Of a DNA stretch of 55,056 nucleotides, positions 9,417-20,089 are shown piece by piece. The stretch comes from a virus. The notes beneath the pieces were generated by a model. The model saw only the letters and a list, made by a program, of their open reading frames with translations, did no database searches and was not told the origin of the DNA. A program made the position numbers and the translations under genes. Every line of letters begins with the position of its first letter. Positions within the stretch are counted from its first letter, which is position 1. The stretch is taken from the IMG/VR virus record IMGVR_UViG_3300030319_000065, positions 1 to 55,056 of that record. One strand, given 5' to 3'.

Positions 9417-12400
9417 ATGCCAAATAATGAAGTTGATAAACTGGAAGTCGTTATTGATACATCGGCTAAAAGTGCAAACAGATCTCTGGGTGCTATGGAA
9501 ACACACTTGGAGAAAATCGCTGAAAACCTTACTCTGGTTACTGGACTCACAAAAGGTCTATATAACATTGGTAGTGTAGATGTAAGCGGTTTAAAAGAAC
9601 TGAAAAGCGATCTGGACGCTATTTTTAAGAAACAGAAAAACGTAAATAGTGAAAAAACTAAGCCACGTGTAGATAGGTCTGACCTTAAATACACAGAAAA
9701 ATCCTTTGATGCATTATTAAAGAAATTTAAAGATGTTGGAAAGGGAATGAATCTTTCTGGTCTTGGAGAAACAGATCTTGAAAAAGATTTGGCAAAAGCT
9801 GAATCTCAGTTGTCTAGTTTACAGGCAAGATTACAAAAGAAGTTAGCAACAGAAAATGTTACTAATTACGGTAAGTCATATGCTAGTCTTGCCTATGATA
9901 TCCAGAAAGCAACAAATGAAATCGAAGCGTACAAAGGCGCAATAGAAAAGCTAAATGCAAACAAGCCAGAGTTTACGATAGATAGAAACGATGGTAGCGG
10001 TTCTTCTTCTAAATATCAGCGTGCAACGTCTCCACAGTTTAAGGATTATAAAATATCAAAGCCAGAAACTTCTAACGTGAACATGAAAGAAGTGTGGGCA
10101 GAGAATGAAAAAATAGCAGCAGAAATAGGAAAATACATTGACGAAGCAGCTTCCAAAACAGATAACGCAAGTCAAAAGATGTATAACTATGCATCTATGA
10201 TAAAGTCCGCAAAAGAAGAGCTTGCTAATCTTGCAAGTTCTGGATTAAGCGAGGGAGATTCTACATTTGATGAAAAAGTAATTTATATAGAATCACTCAA
10301 AAACGCCCAAAAGGAATATCGTTCTGAGATTCTAAAGACTATTGCAGCAAGAGAACAGATGGGAAGAGGACTTCAAAAATGGTCTTCTGATGAGTCGATA
10401 AAATCTGCAAATAATAGCGCAAAAGGATTTCGTGTAACCCTGTCAAAAATTTCAAAATCTGCAAAAGATTTAAATAAAATAAAGAGCCAATTTGATTCTA
10501 TAGCAAAATCTATCAGAAATGTTAGAAGCACTGCATCAAAAGCGTTACATCCTATCAAGAGCATTAAAGAATTATTATCTGGTGATTCTGGTAAAAATGG
10601 AATGTCTCTTGGGAAAATGGTTGGATCGTCAATATTATTTTCCAGTGTATTCGGAGCAATAAGTACGATTAAGAATGCTATAAAAGAGGGTTCTGATAAC
10701 TTAGTTCAGTACAGTTCTGAGTACAATAAAAATATTTCTTCTATTGTGACTTCCTTATTGTATTTAAAAAATGCGTGGGCTGCTGCATTTGCACCAATTT
10801 TAAATGTTGTAGAACCGTATCTGTCTGCATTTATAGATATGATGGCTTCTGCGATAAATAAAGTAGGACAGTTTTTCGGCGCACTTACTGGTAAAGCATT
10901 TGTTGTACAGGCTAAAAAGGCATGGAAAGATTACGGACAAACATTAAAAGATACTGGATCCAGTGCAAAAAAAGCGGGAGACGATGCTAAGAAAGCCGCT
11001 AAAGATTTCCAGACATACACGCTTGGAATTGATGAACTGAACGTACAACCACAACAAGCAAGTTCTTCATCGTCTGGAAGTGGTGGTACTGGCAGTGGTT
11101 CTGGTGGTTCTGGAAGTACACCTGCTATTTCGGATATGTTTGAAACCGTAGAAGTATCAAATTCTATGGCAAACTTGGCTGATAAATTTAAAGAAGCTAT
11201 AGCAAAATCTGATTTCACAGAAATCGGAGCAATGATTGGAAATAAAATTCAATCAGCACTTGAGGGTATTAACTGGAAAAAGGTATATTCTGTAGCTTCA
11301 AATTTTGGAAAAGACATTGCTACATTTTTGAATGGTTTGATTTCACCTAGATTATTCTATGATTTAGGCGCAACAATAGCAAATGCTATAAACACTGCTC
11401 TTCATTCATTGAATGCATTTGCAACTAATTTTGACTGGTCTAATTTTGGTGAATCTTTAGCAAGTAGTATTACCGGATTTTTTGAAAATTGGGATGCTGG
11501 CCTTACAGGTGAAACCTTGAGTAAATTTGCCACCGGATTATTAGAAGCTGCAAAATCAGCGGTAAACAAACTTAAAGACGATGAAACATTTAAGAAAATT
11601 GGTCAGAAAATCGTAGATTTTTTGATGGGAATCGATTGGGTAAGTCTTGAATGGTCTACGCTTAAATTTTTTAAAGCTTTGCTTGATGCATTGTTTGATT
11701 TTCCTGTTCAGTTAGCAGAAGGCGCAATGGAAGAAATCATAAAGAAAATATTCGGAGCTGATGTTGATGTAGAAATCCCAGCAGCGATAACTGATTTTGT
11801 CAGAGATTTTTCGTTGAGCAATATTCCAGGATTCAAGCAAATTCATTTTTTGGGTGATTTGATGGAAATTCCAGAAAATGCAAGTGCTATCGTCGATAAA
11901 ATCAAACCTTTATTTGATAAAGAAACATGGAAAGGTGCGATTCAAGAAGCAAAAGAAGCTATTATAGAAACATTTACAGAAGCGTGGACAACAGTAAAAC
12001 AGATATTTGCTCCTGTTACCGAATTTTTTAGTGATGTTTTTGGAAAAGCATATGAAGCTATTAAATTTGTCTGGGATAAAGCATCAGGATATTTTGGAGG
12101 TATTTATTCTGAAATTCAGAAGATTTATCGTGATCCGGCAGGATATTTCCGTGAAAAATTCACTTCTGCATACAAGGCTATTAAGACGGTATTTTCTCCA
12201 ATAGCCGAGTGGTTTTCTGGAAAATGGGAAGCAGTTAAAAAAATATTCAGTGTTAAAAATGTTCAAGGATTTTTTAGAGACGGATTTCAGAAAGCATATA
12301 ATACCGTAACTGATATCTGGGATGATTTAACAGGTTTCTTCAAAAAACTGGCGAAAAATGCGTTCTCACCGATTAAGAAGTTGGTAAATGGAATCATCAA

Positions 12401-13712
12401 AGGTATTAACTGGGTACTTGATAAAGTAGGATCTAAGAAACAATTAAATTCATGGTCGCCGGATTTTGATAAATTCGCAAAAGGTTCTAATGGACTGAGC
12501 CATAATACAATGGGTATCGTCAATGACCAGAAAGGTTCAACCTATAAGGAATTGATAGTACCACCAAAAGGAAAGCCATTTATTCCAGAGGGACGTAATG
12601 TAATGTTGCCTTTGAAAAAAGGTACAAAGATTATGCCGGCTAACCAGACAAAGAAACTGGTAGAAGCTACTGGCGGTGTTCCGAAGTTCGCAGGTGGTAT
12701 CGGAGATTTCTTTGGTGACGCATGGAGCGCAATTAAGAGTTTCAGTGGAAATGTTCTTGATTACCTTACACATCCGGGAGATATTGTAAAGATTGCGATT
12801 GATAAATTTACCGATATGTCCGATATGGTAGAGCCGTGGTTAAGCGTTGCAAAAGGAGCGGTAGATCAGGTACTTGGCGGTATCACTGATTTTATTAAAG
12901 ATATATTTGATAAAGTTGGTGGACAGGGAGTTGAGGGAGCTGTTCGATGGGCGATTAATATTGCCAACGATAATTCTCATGGTTACGATCAGCGTAATAG
13001 ATGGGGAAATCCAGACTATGACTGTTCGGCGCTTGTTATTTCCGCTTTTCAACAGGCAGGTATACCGTTGAAATCAGCCGGAGCAAACTATACTGGAAAC
13101 ATGTATGATGCTGCAAGGTCAGTAGGTTTTGCTGATGTAACAGGTGGTGTAAACCGTGCAAACGCAGACGGCATGAGACGTGGTGATATTCTTCTTTCCA
13201 GAGGACACCATACAGCGATCTATATTGGCAACGGTCAAGTAGTACAGGCAAGCTCAAATGAGCATGGCGGTATCACAGGTGGACAACCCGGCGACCAGAA
13301 CGGAAGAGAAATCTGGGTAACAAGATACTATAACTTCCCGTGGACAGATGTCCTGAGATATGCGAAGTTCAAGAATGGTATCGGAAAGATTTTACCATCA
13401 GATCTGGTTCCGGCATTTGCTAACGGTGGATTCCCAGAAGATGGCTTGTTTATGGCAAACCATAGTGAATTGGTAGGACAGTTTTCAAATGGTAAAACCG
13501 CAGTTGCTAATAACGATCAGATTGTTACAGGAATTGAAAATGGTGTATATCGTGGAATGATGCGAGCACAGTCAGAAGATACAGAAGTAACAAGTCTGCT
13601 TGAAGAAATTCTTACTGCTATTAAAGATGGCAAGAAGATTGTTGTTGATGGAAGAGAACTTGTAAGTATATATGATAACAGAAAGTCCAGAAACGGATTT
13701 TCATTTACGTAA
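9417..13712 (+). CDS. Tape measure protein with a C-terminal Cys-His peptidoglycan hydrolase domain
   Basis: 1431 aa from ATG 9417, or from GTG 9408. Long helical regions. A hydrolase motif block lies near 12930-13370. Confidence 0.85.
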   Translation: MPNNEVDKLEVVIDTSAKSANRSLGAMETHLEKIAENLTLVTGLTKGLYNIGSVDVSGLKELKSDLDAIFKKQKNVNSEKTKPRVDRSDLKYTEKSFDALLKKFKDVGKGMNLSGLGETDLEKDLAKAESQLSSLQARLQKKLATENVTNYGKSYASLAYDIQKATNEIEAYKGAIEKLNANKPEFTIDRNDGSGSSSKYQRATSPQFKDYKISKPETSNVNMKEVWAENEKIAAEIGKYIDEAASKTDNASQKMYNYASMIKSAKEELANLASSGLSEGDSTFDEKVIYIESLKNAQKEYRSEILKTIAAREQMGRGLQKWSSDESIKSANNSAKGFRVTLSKISKSAKDLNKIKSQFDSIAKSIRNVRSTASKALHPIKSIKELLSGDSGKNGMSLGKMVGSSILFSSVFGAISTIKNAIKEGSDNLVQYSSEYNKNISSIVTSLLYLKNAWAAAFAPILNVVEPYLSAFIDMMASAINKVGQFFGALTGKAFVVQAKKAWKDYGQTLKDTGSSAKKAGDDAKKAAKDFQTYTLGIDELNVQPQQASSSSSGSGGTGSGSGGSGSTPAISDMFETVEVSNSMANLADKFKEAIAKSDFTEIGAMIGNKIQSALEGINWKKVYSVASNFGKDIATFLNGLISPRLFYDLGATIANAINTALHSLNAFATNFDWSNFGESLASSITGFFENWDAGLTGETLSKFATGLLEAAKSAVNKLKDDETFKKIGQKIVDFLMGIDWVSLEWSTLKFFKALLDALFDFPVQLAEGAMEEIIKKIFGADVDVEIPAAITDFVRDFSLSNIPGFKQIHFLGDLMEIPENASAIVDKIKPLFDKETWKGAIQEAKEAIIETFTEAWTTVKQIFAPVTEFFSDVFGKAYEAIKFVWDKASGYFGGIYSEIQKIYRDPAGYFREKFTSAYKAIKTVFSPIAEWFSGKWEAVKKIFSVKNVQGFFRDGFQKAYNTVTDIWDDLTGFFKKLAKNAFSPIKKLVNGIIKGINWVLDKVGSKKQLNSWSPDFDKFAKGSNGLSHNTMGIVNDQKGSTYKELIVPPKGKPFIPEGRNVMLPLKKGTKIMPANQTKKLVEATGGVPKFAGGIGDFFGDAWSAIKSFSGNVLDYLTHPGDIVKIAIDKFTDMSDMVEPWLSVAKGAVDQVLGGITDFIKDIFDKVGGQGVEGAVRWAINIANDNSHGYDQRNRWGNPDYDCSALVISAFQQAGIPLKSAGANYTGNMYDAARSVGFADVTGGVNRANADGMRRGDILLSRGHHTAIYIGNGQVVQASSNEHGGITGGQPGDQNGREIWVTRYYNFPWTDVLRYAKFKNGIGKILPSDLVPAFANGGFPEDGLFMANHSELVGQFSNGKTAVANNDQIVTGIENGVYRGMMRAQSEDTEVTSLLEEILTAIKDGKKIVVDGRELVSIYDNRKSRNGFSFT

Positions 13713-13756
13713 AGGGATGGCAAATGCTGTCCCTTTATTTTTGGAGGTGATGTATC

Positions 13757-14143
13757 GTGGCTTTATCGTCCTTTTTAAATGTGAATGGATATGATTTTCC
13801 GTGTCCGGCAGTTGGTTTTTCCTGGACAATATCAACTACGGTTACAGCAGGAAGAAATGTAAATAATGCAGTAATTGGAGAAAGAGTTGGAAGAGACTTG
13901 TATAAATTAGACAGTCTGAAATGGAAGTGCTTGACACCAAAGACACGGAAGATGATGCTTGATGCATTGAAACCGTTTTATGTTCCAGTGACTTTTGAAG
14001 ATCCAGCAGACCCAGGGCATCCGATTACTATAACGATGTATCCTGGGGACAGAAAAGGTACGCCACTTTTCGCTGATGCACTAACACATATGATTACAAA
14101 GGATGAAACACTGGAATTTAACTTGGTTGATTGTGGGTGGTAA
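13757..14143 (+). CDS. Putative short distal tail protein
   Basis: GTG start 9 nt after GGAGG. Position directly after the tape measure gene. Confidence 0.4.
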   Translation: MALSSFLNVNGYDFPCPAVGFSWTISTTVTAGRNVNNAVIGERVGRDLYKLDSLKWKCLTPKTRKMMLDALKPFYVPVTFEDPADPGHPITITMYPGDRKGTPLFADALTHMITKDETLEFNLVDCGW

Positions 14144-14146
14144 TAT

Positions 14147-16384
14147 ATGCAGATTGTAAGCAAACCGTATATAGAACAAATGAGTAGACCGTTCCGTAAC
14201 AACGGCTATATAAAAGGAACAATCGGTATTATCAACCTCGAAGCACAGTCAAGCGCAACGGTAGATAATGCAGAGAATAATCTTGCTTACTGGTCAGATA
14301 AGCATAGTCCATTTATGGGAACTGGTGTTACGAAAATATACGCTACGGCGGAACAGGATTTTGCTAAAATTGATGGCTCTATGTATTTTCTTCCAAAAGA
14401 TAATCAGGGATTTTCTTATTATAATAATGGATTTGTTACTTCTGAACTTCTTGGCTCAGTGGTGATTAGTTTTACTACTGGTGCTACGTATGATATTAAA
14501 GGTCTGACGATTGATTTTGGAAAGTATTATCCTACAAAATTTACAATCACAAATGGAAAAGTATCATATGAGTACGAAAACAAATCGCAATTATTTACGA
14601 CTGAAAATGTGTTTGATTCCAGTCAATATATCAAGATTACACCAACTGAAATGGTAAATGGTCAGAGCCGATTGAGAATTAATAAAGTAGAACTTGGCGT
14701 TGTTGATTCATTTACGAATGACGAGGTTATTTCTTGCAGTATCAGTGAATATGTATCTGCTACCACAGAATCACTTCCGAGTAAAGATGTAGAAATCATC
14801 ATTAACAACCAAGATTCTTATTACAATCCAGACAATGTAGAATCTGCTATTGGTTACTTGGAACTTGGACAGGAAGTTCGTATGCAGTTTGGGTATCAGT
14901 TAGATAGTGGCGAGATTGAATGGTTGCCACATACGCTTTCATACCTGAAAGAATGGAATGCTAATGATAGTCAGGCACAGTTTGTATGCACAGATTTATT
15001 TGCATCAATGGAGGGCATTTACTATAACGGTTTATATCGTGAAAAAGGTATTTCTCTGTATGATTTGGCAGTAGATGTATTACAAGATGCCGGATATAGT
15101 GAAGATCAATATTATCTGGATCCATATCTTAGGTCTGTGACCGTGTATAACCCTGTTCCAGCCGTAAAACACAGTGAAGCCTTACAGATTATAGCTAATG
15201 CCGGAAGATGCGCTCTATACGATGATAGATACGGTAGAATACATATTCAATCATCTTTCGTCCCAGACATTACGGCAACCTCAAATGGTGAAGCTGATTA
15301 CAGTAAGGTTGGCAATGTAATGCTTGATACTGAAAAGGTATCATACGCAGATGCAAGTATGGACTTCTCAGTGGTTGATGGTAGCATTTTGTTTCTACCA
15401 AAGTCAGGTGGATATGTTTCAAATACAGGATATGCCAGTTCGGAGATTTCGGATGCGAATGGAAATTTTGCAAACAATCCGAAAGTAATCTTATCTCTGG
15501 AAACTGGATATACAATTTACGGATTGCGTATAGAGTTTCATCAGACACATCCAGAAGAAATTAAAATCACCACATACTATCAGGATTCAAAGATAGTGGA
15601 AATGGTTGAATCAGTAGATTCTCTGGTTTATGAGACTGGTGATCGGTTTGATACATTTGACCGAATGGAAATTGAAATCACAAAAGGTTATCCGAATAGT
15701 AGAGTGTTCATTGATAAAATTTCAGTAGGAAAATCAACGGACTACACGATTACTCGTGACTATCTTACGGATTCTCCTACCGTTCTAATGCAAGACAAGC
15801 TACGGAATATGACGATTATTAGAAACCTGTATAGCAAGCCGACTGTTACATCAGAAGTGGTTTCTGAGACACTTACTATATCTCCAACAAACACGATGCA
15901 TACGGTATATCTTTCAGACCCGGCATATGATTTCAGTACACAGATTACACTTGATGGTGGTGGCGCAACGTCTATAACAGGAACGATTGTAGCAAGTAGC
16001 AATTACTATGTAACGATTCAGTTTAAAAATGTAACTACTACAACAAAAATAGACTTAAAGGTTCTTGGAAAAGAATACATTCTGAAAACCAATAAGTATT
16101 CTGTACAGCACAATGATAATGGTTCTGATATCGAATGGGACAATCCATTAATCAGTACAGTTGAACAGGCACAGGATATGGAAGAGTGGTTATCTTCTTA
16201 TTATTTAGGCCGTGTGGAATATCAGTTTGCTTGGCGTGGAGACCCAAGAACTGACGCTAACGACCTTTTCTATTTCCAGACCAAAGATGGAAAAACCAGA
16301 ACTATCAGAGCATACGAAAATGACATTTCTTTTGATGGTGCATGGAGCGGAAAAATCAAAGCAAGGGCGGTGGAACTTGAATGA
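14147..16384 (+). CDS. Tail tip / tail-associated (Tal-like) protein
   Basis: 745 aa. Called from position after the tape measure and Dit-like genes. Confidence 0.55.
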   Translation: MQIVSKPYIEQMSRPFRNNGYIKGTIGIINLEAQSSATVDNAENNLAYWSDKHSPFMGTGVTKIYATAEQDFAKIDGSMYFLPKDNQGFSYYNNGFVTSELLGSVVISFTTGATYDIKGLTIDFGKYYPTKFTITNGKVSYEYENKSQLFTTENVFDSSQYIKITPTEMVNGQSRLRINKVELGVVDSFTNDEVISCSISEYVSATTESLPSKDVEIIINNQDSYYNPDNVESAIGYLELGQEVRMQFGYQLDSGEIEWLPHTLSYLKEWNANDSQAQFVCTDLFASMEGIYYNGLYREKGISLYDLAVDVLQDAGYSEDQYYLDPYLRSVTVYNPVPAVKHSEALQIIANAGRCALYDDRYGRIHIQSSFVPDITATSNGEADYSKVGNVMLDTEKVSYADASMDFSVVDGSILFLPKSGGYVSNTGYASSEISDANGNFANNPKVILSLETGYTIYGLRIEFHQTHPEEIKITTYYQDSKIVEMVESVDSLVYETGDRFDTFDRMEIEITKGYPNSRVFIDKISVGKSTDYTITRDYLTDSPTVLMQDKLRNMTIIRNLYSKPTVTSEVVSETLTISPTNTMHTVYLSDPAYDFSTQITLDGGGATSITGTIVASSNYYVTIQFKNVTTTTKIDLKVLGKEYILKTNKYSVQHNDNGSDIEWDNPLISTVEQAQDMEEWLSSYYLGRVEYQFAWRGDPRTDANDLFYFQTKDGKTRTIRAYENDISFDGAWSGKIKARAVELE

Positions 16385-16791
16385 GTTGGATAGAACCTAA
16401 AACAGATTGGACTTCTCAAGACACGTTTAATTTCTCAGATTACAACCGGATAAAAAATAACATTGCTTATCTAAGAGAACGAGCGGTCAAACTTGTGAAG
16501 CCGTTTGAAATACAGGATATGGGTAACGATATGACTTCCTATGCTGAGTTGTTTGATGCATCGAAGTTCAACACCATAGAACAGAATTTGGAAACGATTA
16601 ATAACAACGCATATTTGAAAGACTATGGTACCAAACAAACCTTTTATGATAATGGCGTTTTTATTGCTTATGCAGAACTAAACAGAATCGAGTCCGCTAC
16701 TCTTGATATTTACAATATGCTTGGTAGACAGGAAATCGGTTTACGGAGATTAGCTTTCAGACTGGGAGCAGGAAGAGAGGTACGTATTTAA
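16381..16791 (+). CDS. Hypothetical tail protein
   Basis: 136 aa with ATGA overlap coupling inside the tail block. Confidence 0.5.
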   Translation: MSWIEPKTDWTSQDTFNFSDYNRIKNNIAYLRERAVKLVKPFEIQDMGNDMTSYAELFDASKFNTIEQNLETINNNAYLKDYGTKQTFYDNGVFIAYAELNRIESATLDIYNMLGRQEIGLRRLAFRLGAGREVRI

Positions 16792-17948
16792 TGGCGAAAC
16801 AAACATTGCCTACTAATTTTCAGGATGATGTTCTTAATGAAGTCAATCCAAAAAGAAAATACAAGATGATTATGAATGACGATGCTACCGTATCGTTTGA
16901 AGATGTGACCGAATACGATCAGGTTGGAAGTAATTTCGGCGCAGCACAGGTCAACGAAACTAATACGGCAGTCAATGAATCCGCTGACAAGTCGGATATT
17001 ATCGACTCTACGGCAGACGTGTTGGCAAATACTGCTTCTGGAAAGATGGCATCCGCGTTAGCGGTAAAAGGTTTATCAGCATATACGCCTATGTTACCAT
17101 TATATGGTTATAGTGGTGATTTTAATGATATGCCAACAGGTTTATATCTTGTAGAAATGTCAAAGTGTACCAATACACCACCATATCAAATGAACATGTG
17201 GGCGCATGTGATATGTCGTGCGGGATTTTCGCAAACGGCTATCTTTTACAATGGTAGTAATTATCCACCAGTTATCGCCACCAGAACATACGCTAACAAT
17301 GCATGGACGGCATGGGCAGAACAGGCACAGGGATTCGATTTTGCGTCTGTGAGATTTAATGGCTTAGTTGATAATGCGTTATATGTTGATTTGACGAACC
17401 CATATGCAGACATAAATAAACCAAGATATGTTGATCGTGCAAAAAGTGCAACCAATATGCCAACCGATTGCCAGTGGGGAATCCGCGAAGTATGTCAGAT
17501 TACTTCTAATTGGGTGATGGTCAGAATCACAGGATGGACTACTGGAAGCCAACAGGCGATTTGGACGAATGTGTATGTTAACTCTAAGTGGACGGGTTGG
17601 TCACGGTTTAGCCGAAGTTCTCCGCATGTATTGTGGTCAGGTACAGGAACGTTTGATGCACCTACTTTGACGCTTAATAAAAATATCAGCTTTTTTGAGT
17701 ATTATGAAATAATATATGAAGCTGAAAGTGGAAACAATGTTGTAAAATCAACTGGAAGAATACCGATTGGAAATGGTGCTATTTTGGATGGAATCAATTC
17801 AAAAGGCTTGTTAATGAGAAGAAGTACAGGTGTACCATCTGGAACATCTTTAAAATTAAATTCCGGAGGATATTTTGCATCAGTTAATAGCAGTTCATCC
17901 CCGTATTCAGGTGCTTGTTGCCCTCGTAAAATTTTAGGGTATGTGTAA
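16791..17948 (+). CDS. Putative receptor-binding tail fibre protein
   Basis: 385 aa. It is the last structural gene before the endolysin. Confidence 0.5.
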   Translation: MAKQTLPTNFQDDVLNEVNPKRKYKMIMNDDATVSFEDVTEYDQVGSNFGAAQVNETNTAVNESADKSDIIDSTADVLANTASGKMASALAVKGLSAYTPMLPLYGYSGDFNDMPTGLYLVEMSKCTNTPPYQMNMWAHVICRAGFSQTAIFYNGSNYPPVIATRTYANNAWTAWAEQAQGFDFASVRFNGLVDNALYVDLTNPYADINKPRYVDRAKSATNMPTDCQWGIREVCQITSNWVMVRITGWTTGSQQAIWTNVYVNSKWTGWSRFSRSSPHVLWSGTGTFDAPTLTLNKNISFFEYYEIIYEAESGNNVVKSTGRIPIGNGAILDGINSKGLLMRRSTGVPSGTSLKLNSGGYFASVNSSSSPYSGACCPRKILGYV

Positions 17949-17981
17949 TAATATAGTCTTGTTTATTTCAGGAGGTACGAT

Positions 17982-19316
17982 ATGGAAATTATTAAAAATA
18001 TATTGACAAATAACGATTGCTATAAAACTGGTAGACGATTGAATATCAAACGACTCATGGTTCACTCAACCGCAGTTCCGGGAGCACCAGCAAAGAACTT
18101 TGTAAACTCATGGAACGTTTCAAAACCAGGTGGTCGCGAAGTGTGTGTTCACGGATTCATTGATTCTGTATCTGCATATCAGACTCTTCCGTGGGATATG
18201 CAAGCATGGCATTGTGGAGGATCTGGAAATCAGCAGGCTATCGGAATTGAGTTGTGTGAACCTAAAGACTACTCAAACAAAACTGAGGGTATGAAGACCA
18301 TCAACAACGCAGTTGAGGTATACGCGTATCTGTGTAAGATGTTTGGCATTTCTCCGTCCAATATCGTAAGCCACAAAGAAGGGCACACTATGGGTATCGC
18401 ATCTAATCACGGTGATCCTGACCACTGGTGGAAATACATAGGATATACAATGGATAACTTCCGAGCTGACGTTCAGAAAGCCATCAACAATAGCACTACC
18501 AAAGCAGAATCCCCAGACGGAGAAGTAAATGATAAAGTTGGTACAATGCAGGACATGACCGACAAAAAAGGAAAAATATCTTATCAGGTTCATGCCCGTA
18601 GATCAGGTTGGTTGCCTTGGAAATGTGATGGACAGATGGCAGGAAGTACCGGACAGAGCCGTAGAATTGAAGCACTGAAAATCAAGTTTGATGAGAAACT
18701 GGATGTACTGGTGCATATGCGTGGCATTGGTGATAAGTTGTTTGAAAATGTCGATGAAAACACGGTAATAGGAACAGTTGGCGAGGGCAGACGGCTTGAA
18801 GCATTAAAGCTGATTTGTGCATCAAAACTGGCATACAGAGTGCATCAGAAAAGCTACGGATGGAGCAAGTGGGGATTCTCGGGTGATCTTGTTGGTGTGA
18901 CCGGAGAAAGCAAGCAGATTGAAGCCGTTGAAATCAAGAAGCCTAAACTGGTGGTACGTGGTCACGTGCAGAAAGTTGGATGGCAGGACTGGGTACCGGA
19001 TGGATGCGTAGTCGGTACAACCGGAAAGAGTTACCGGATGGAAGCATTGCAGATTGACCCGTGCGGAAACACCATCAAAGCAAAAGCGCATATGCAGACA
19101 GATGGTTGGGTTGATTATGGCGAAGTTACCGCTAATACCATTATTGGCACAACCGGAGAAAGCAAGCGAATTGAATGTCTGTGTTTTGAGGGTGGCTTTG
19201 AATATCGTGCACACATTCAGGACTACGGATGGACACCGTGGACAAAAGCAGACGGAGTATCAACGCTTGGAACAGTCGGTCAAACATTACGTATTGAAGC
19301 GTTTGAAACCAGATAG
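17982..19316 (+). CDS. Endolysin: N-acetylmuramoyl-L-alanine amidase (Amidase_2-like) plus six ChW cell-wall-binding repeats
   Basis: N-terminal domain has MVHSTA, WHCGG and VSHKEGH..HGDPDHWW. The C-terminal half has six repeats of the type Y.vH....GW..W...G...G.tG.s.riEal.I. Confidence 0.8.
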   Translation: MEIIKNILTNNDCYKTGRRLNIKRLMVHSTAVPGAPAKNFVNSWNVSKPGGREVCVHGFIDSVSAYQTLPWDMQAWHCGGSGNQQAIGIELCEPKDYSNKTEGMKTINNAVEVYAYLCKMFGISPSNIVSHKEGHTMGIASNHGDPDHWWKYIGYTMDNFRADVQKAINNSTTKAESPDGEVNDKVGTMQDMTDKKGKISYQVHARRSGWLPWKCDGQMAGSTGQSRRIEALKIKFDEKLDVLVHMRGIGDKLFENVDENTVIGTVGEGRRLEALKLICASKLAYRVHQKSYGWSKWGFSGDLVGVTGESKQIEAVEIKKPKLVVRGHVQKVGWQDWVPDGCVVGTTGKSYRMEALQIDPCGNTIKAKAHMQTDGWVDYGEVTANTIIGTTGESKRIECLCFEGGFEYRAHIQDYGWTPWTKADGVSTLGTVGQTLRIEAFETR

Positions 19317-19324
19317 GAGGACGT

Positions 19325-20089
19325 ATGGCATATTTAAGATATGTTGGTGATACAGAGGTCTACAAGGCTTCTGTATTGCCTTGTGGGAATATAGTATCTG
19401 TTGAATTTAAAAAGAAAGCAGTAGTCAAAACTGATGGATTTGACCTTTTCCTTGATAGAGATTGCAAGAACGATATTGGCGGTGATACTTACCATAGTTT
19501 TACAACTGTCTACCAGAAAGACGCTAAGTCTGTACAGTATTCAAATGATGGTTCCGTATATACAGAAATTCCAGGTGAAGAATATGAATACATCGAACCT
19601 ACAATGCCAGAAATGCCAGAACCAGAACCGATTCCTGAACCAGATCCGGAACCAGAACCTACTCTTGAAGAACTTAAAAACTGGAAAATCATGGAAATGA
19701 ACGGTGAACAACAACAAGTGATTCAGAGTGGCGTTGACGTTATGTTGACAGACGGAACGGTTGAAAGATTTGATTTGAAAGATCAGGACCAGACCTCACT
19801 CTTAGGGTTGCAGACACTGGTACTGAACGGACAGGAAAAGATACCGTGGCACACTTCTGATAACTCTGAACACTGTAAGTATTACAGTAACGCAGACATG
19901 GCATTAATTACCGCTAAAGCATTGGAGTTTGTAACAACTCAGGTTACATACTTCCATGACCTTAGAATTTACATCAATAGCATGACTGATAAAGAAAGTG
20001 TGGAATCCGTGACATACGGTATGTACATTCCTACTGAGTACCAGTCAGAAGTATTGGCAGATATTTACGCTGCCAGAGCACGTGCGTAG
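19325..20089 (+). CDS. Hypothetical protein with a PEPEPIPEPDPEPEP linker and a DUF4376-like C-terminal domain
   Basis: 254 aa. Linker read directly. The C-terminal pattern DLKDQDQTSLLGL...PWHTSDN resembles DUF4376. Confidence 0.45.
   Translation: MAYLRYVGDTEVYKASVLPCGNIVSVEFKKKAVVKTDGFDLFLDRDCKNDIGGDTYHSFTTVYQKDAKSVQYSNDGSVYTEIPGEEYEYIEPTMPEMPEPEPIPEPDPEPEPTLEELKNWKIMEMNGEQQQVIQSGVDVMLTDGTVERFDLKDQDQTSLLGLQTLVLNGQEKIPWHTSDNSEHCKYYSNADMALITAKALEFVTTQVTYFHDLRIYINSMTDKESVESVTYGMYIPTEYQSEVLADIYAARARA

Noticed and set aside
16791-17948. A diversity-generating retroelement targeting the receptor-binding protein.
   Set aside because: There is no reverse transcriptase ORF anywhere in the circle, and I could find no template or variable repeat pair near the tail-fibre 3' end.
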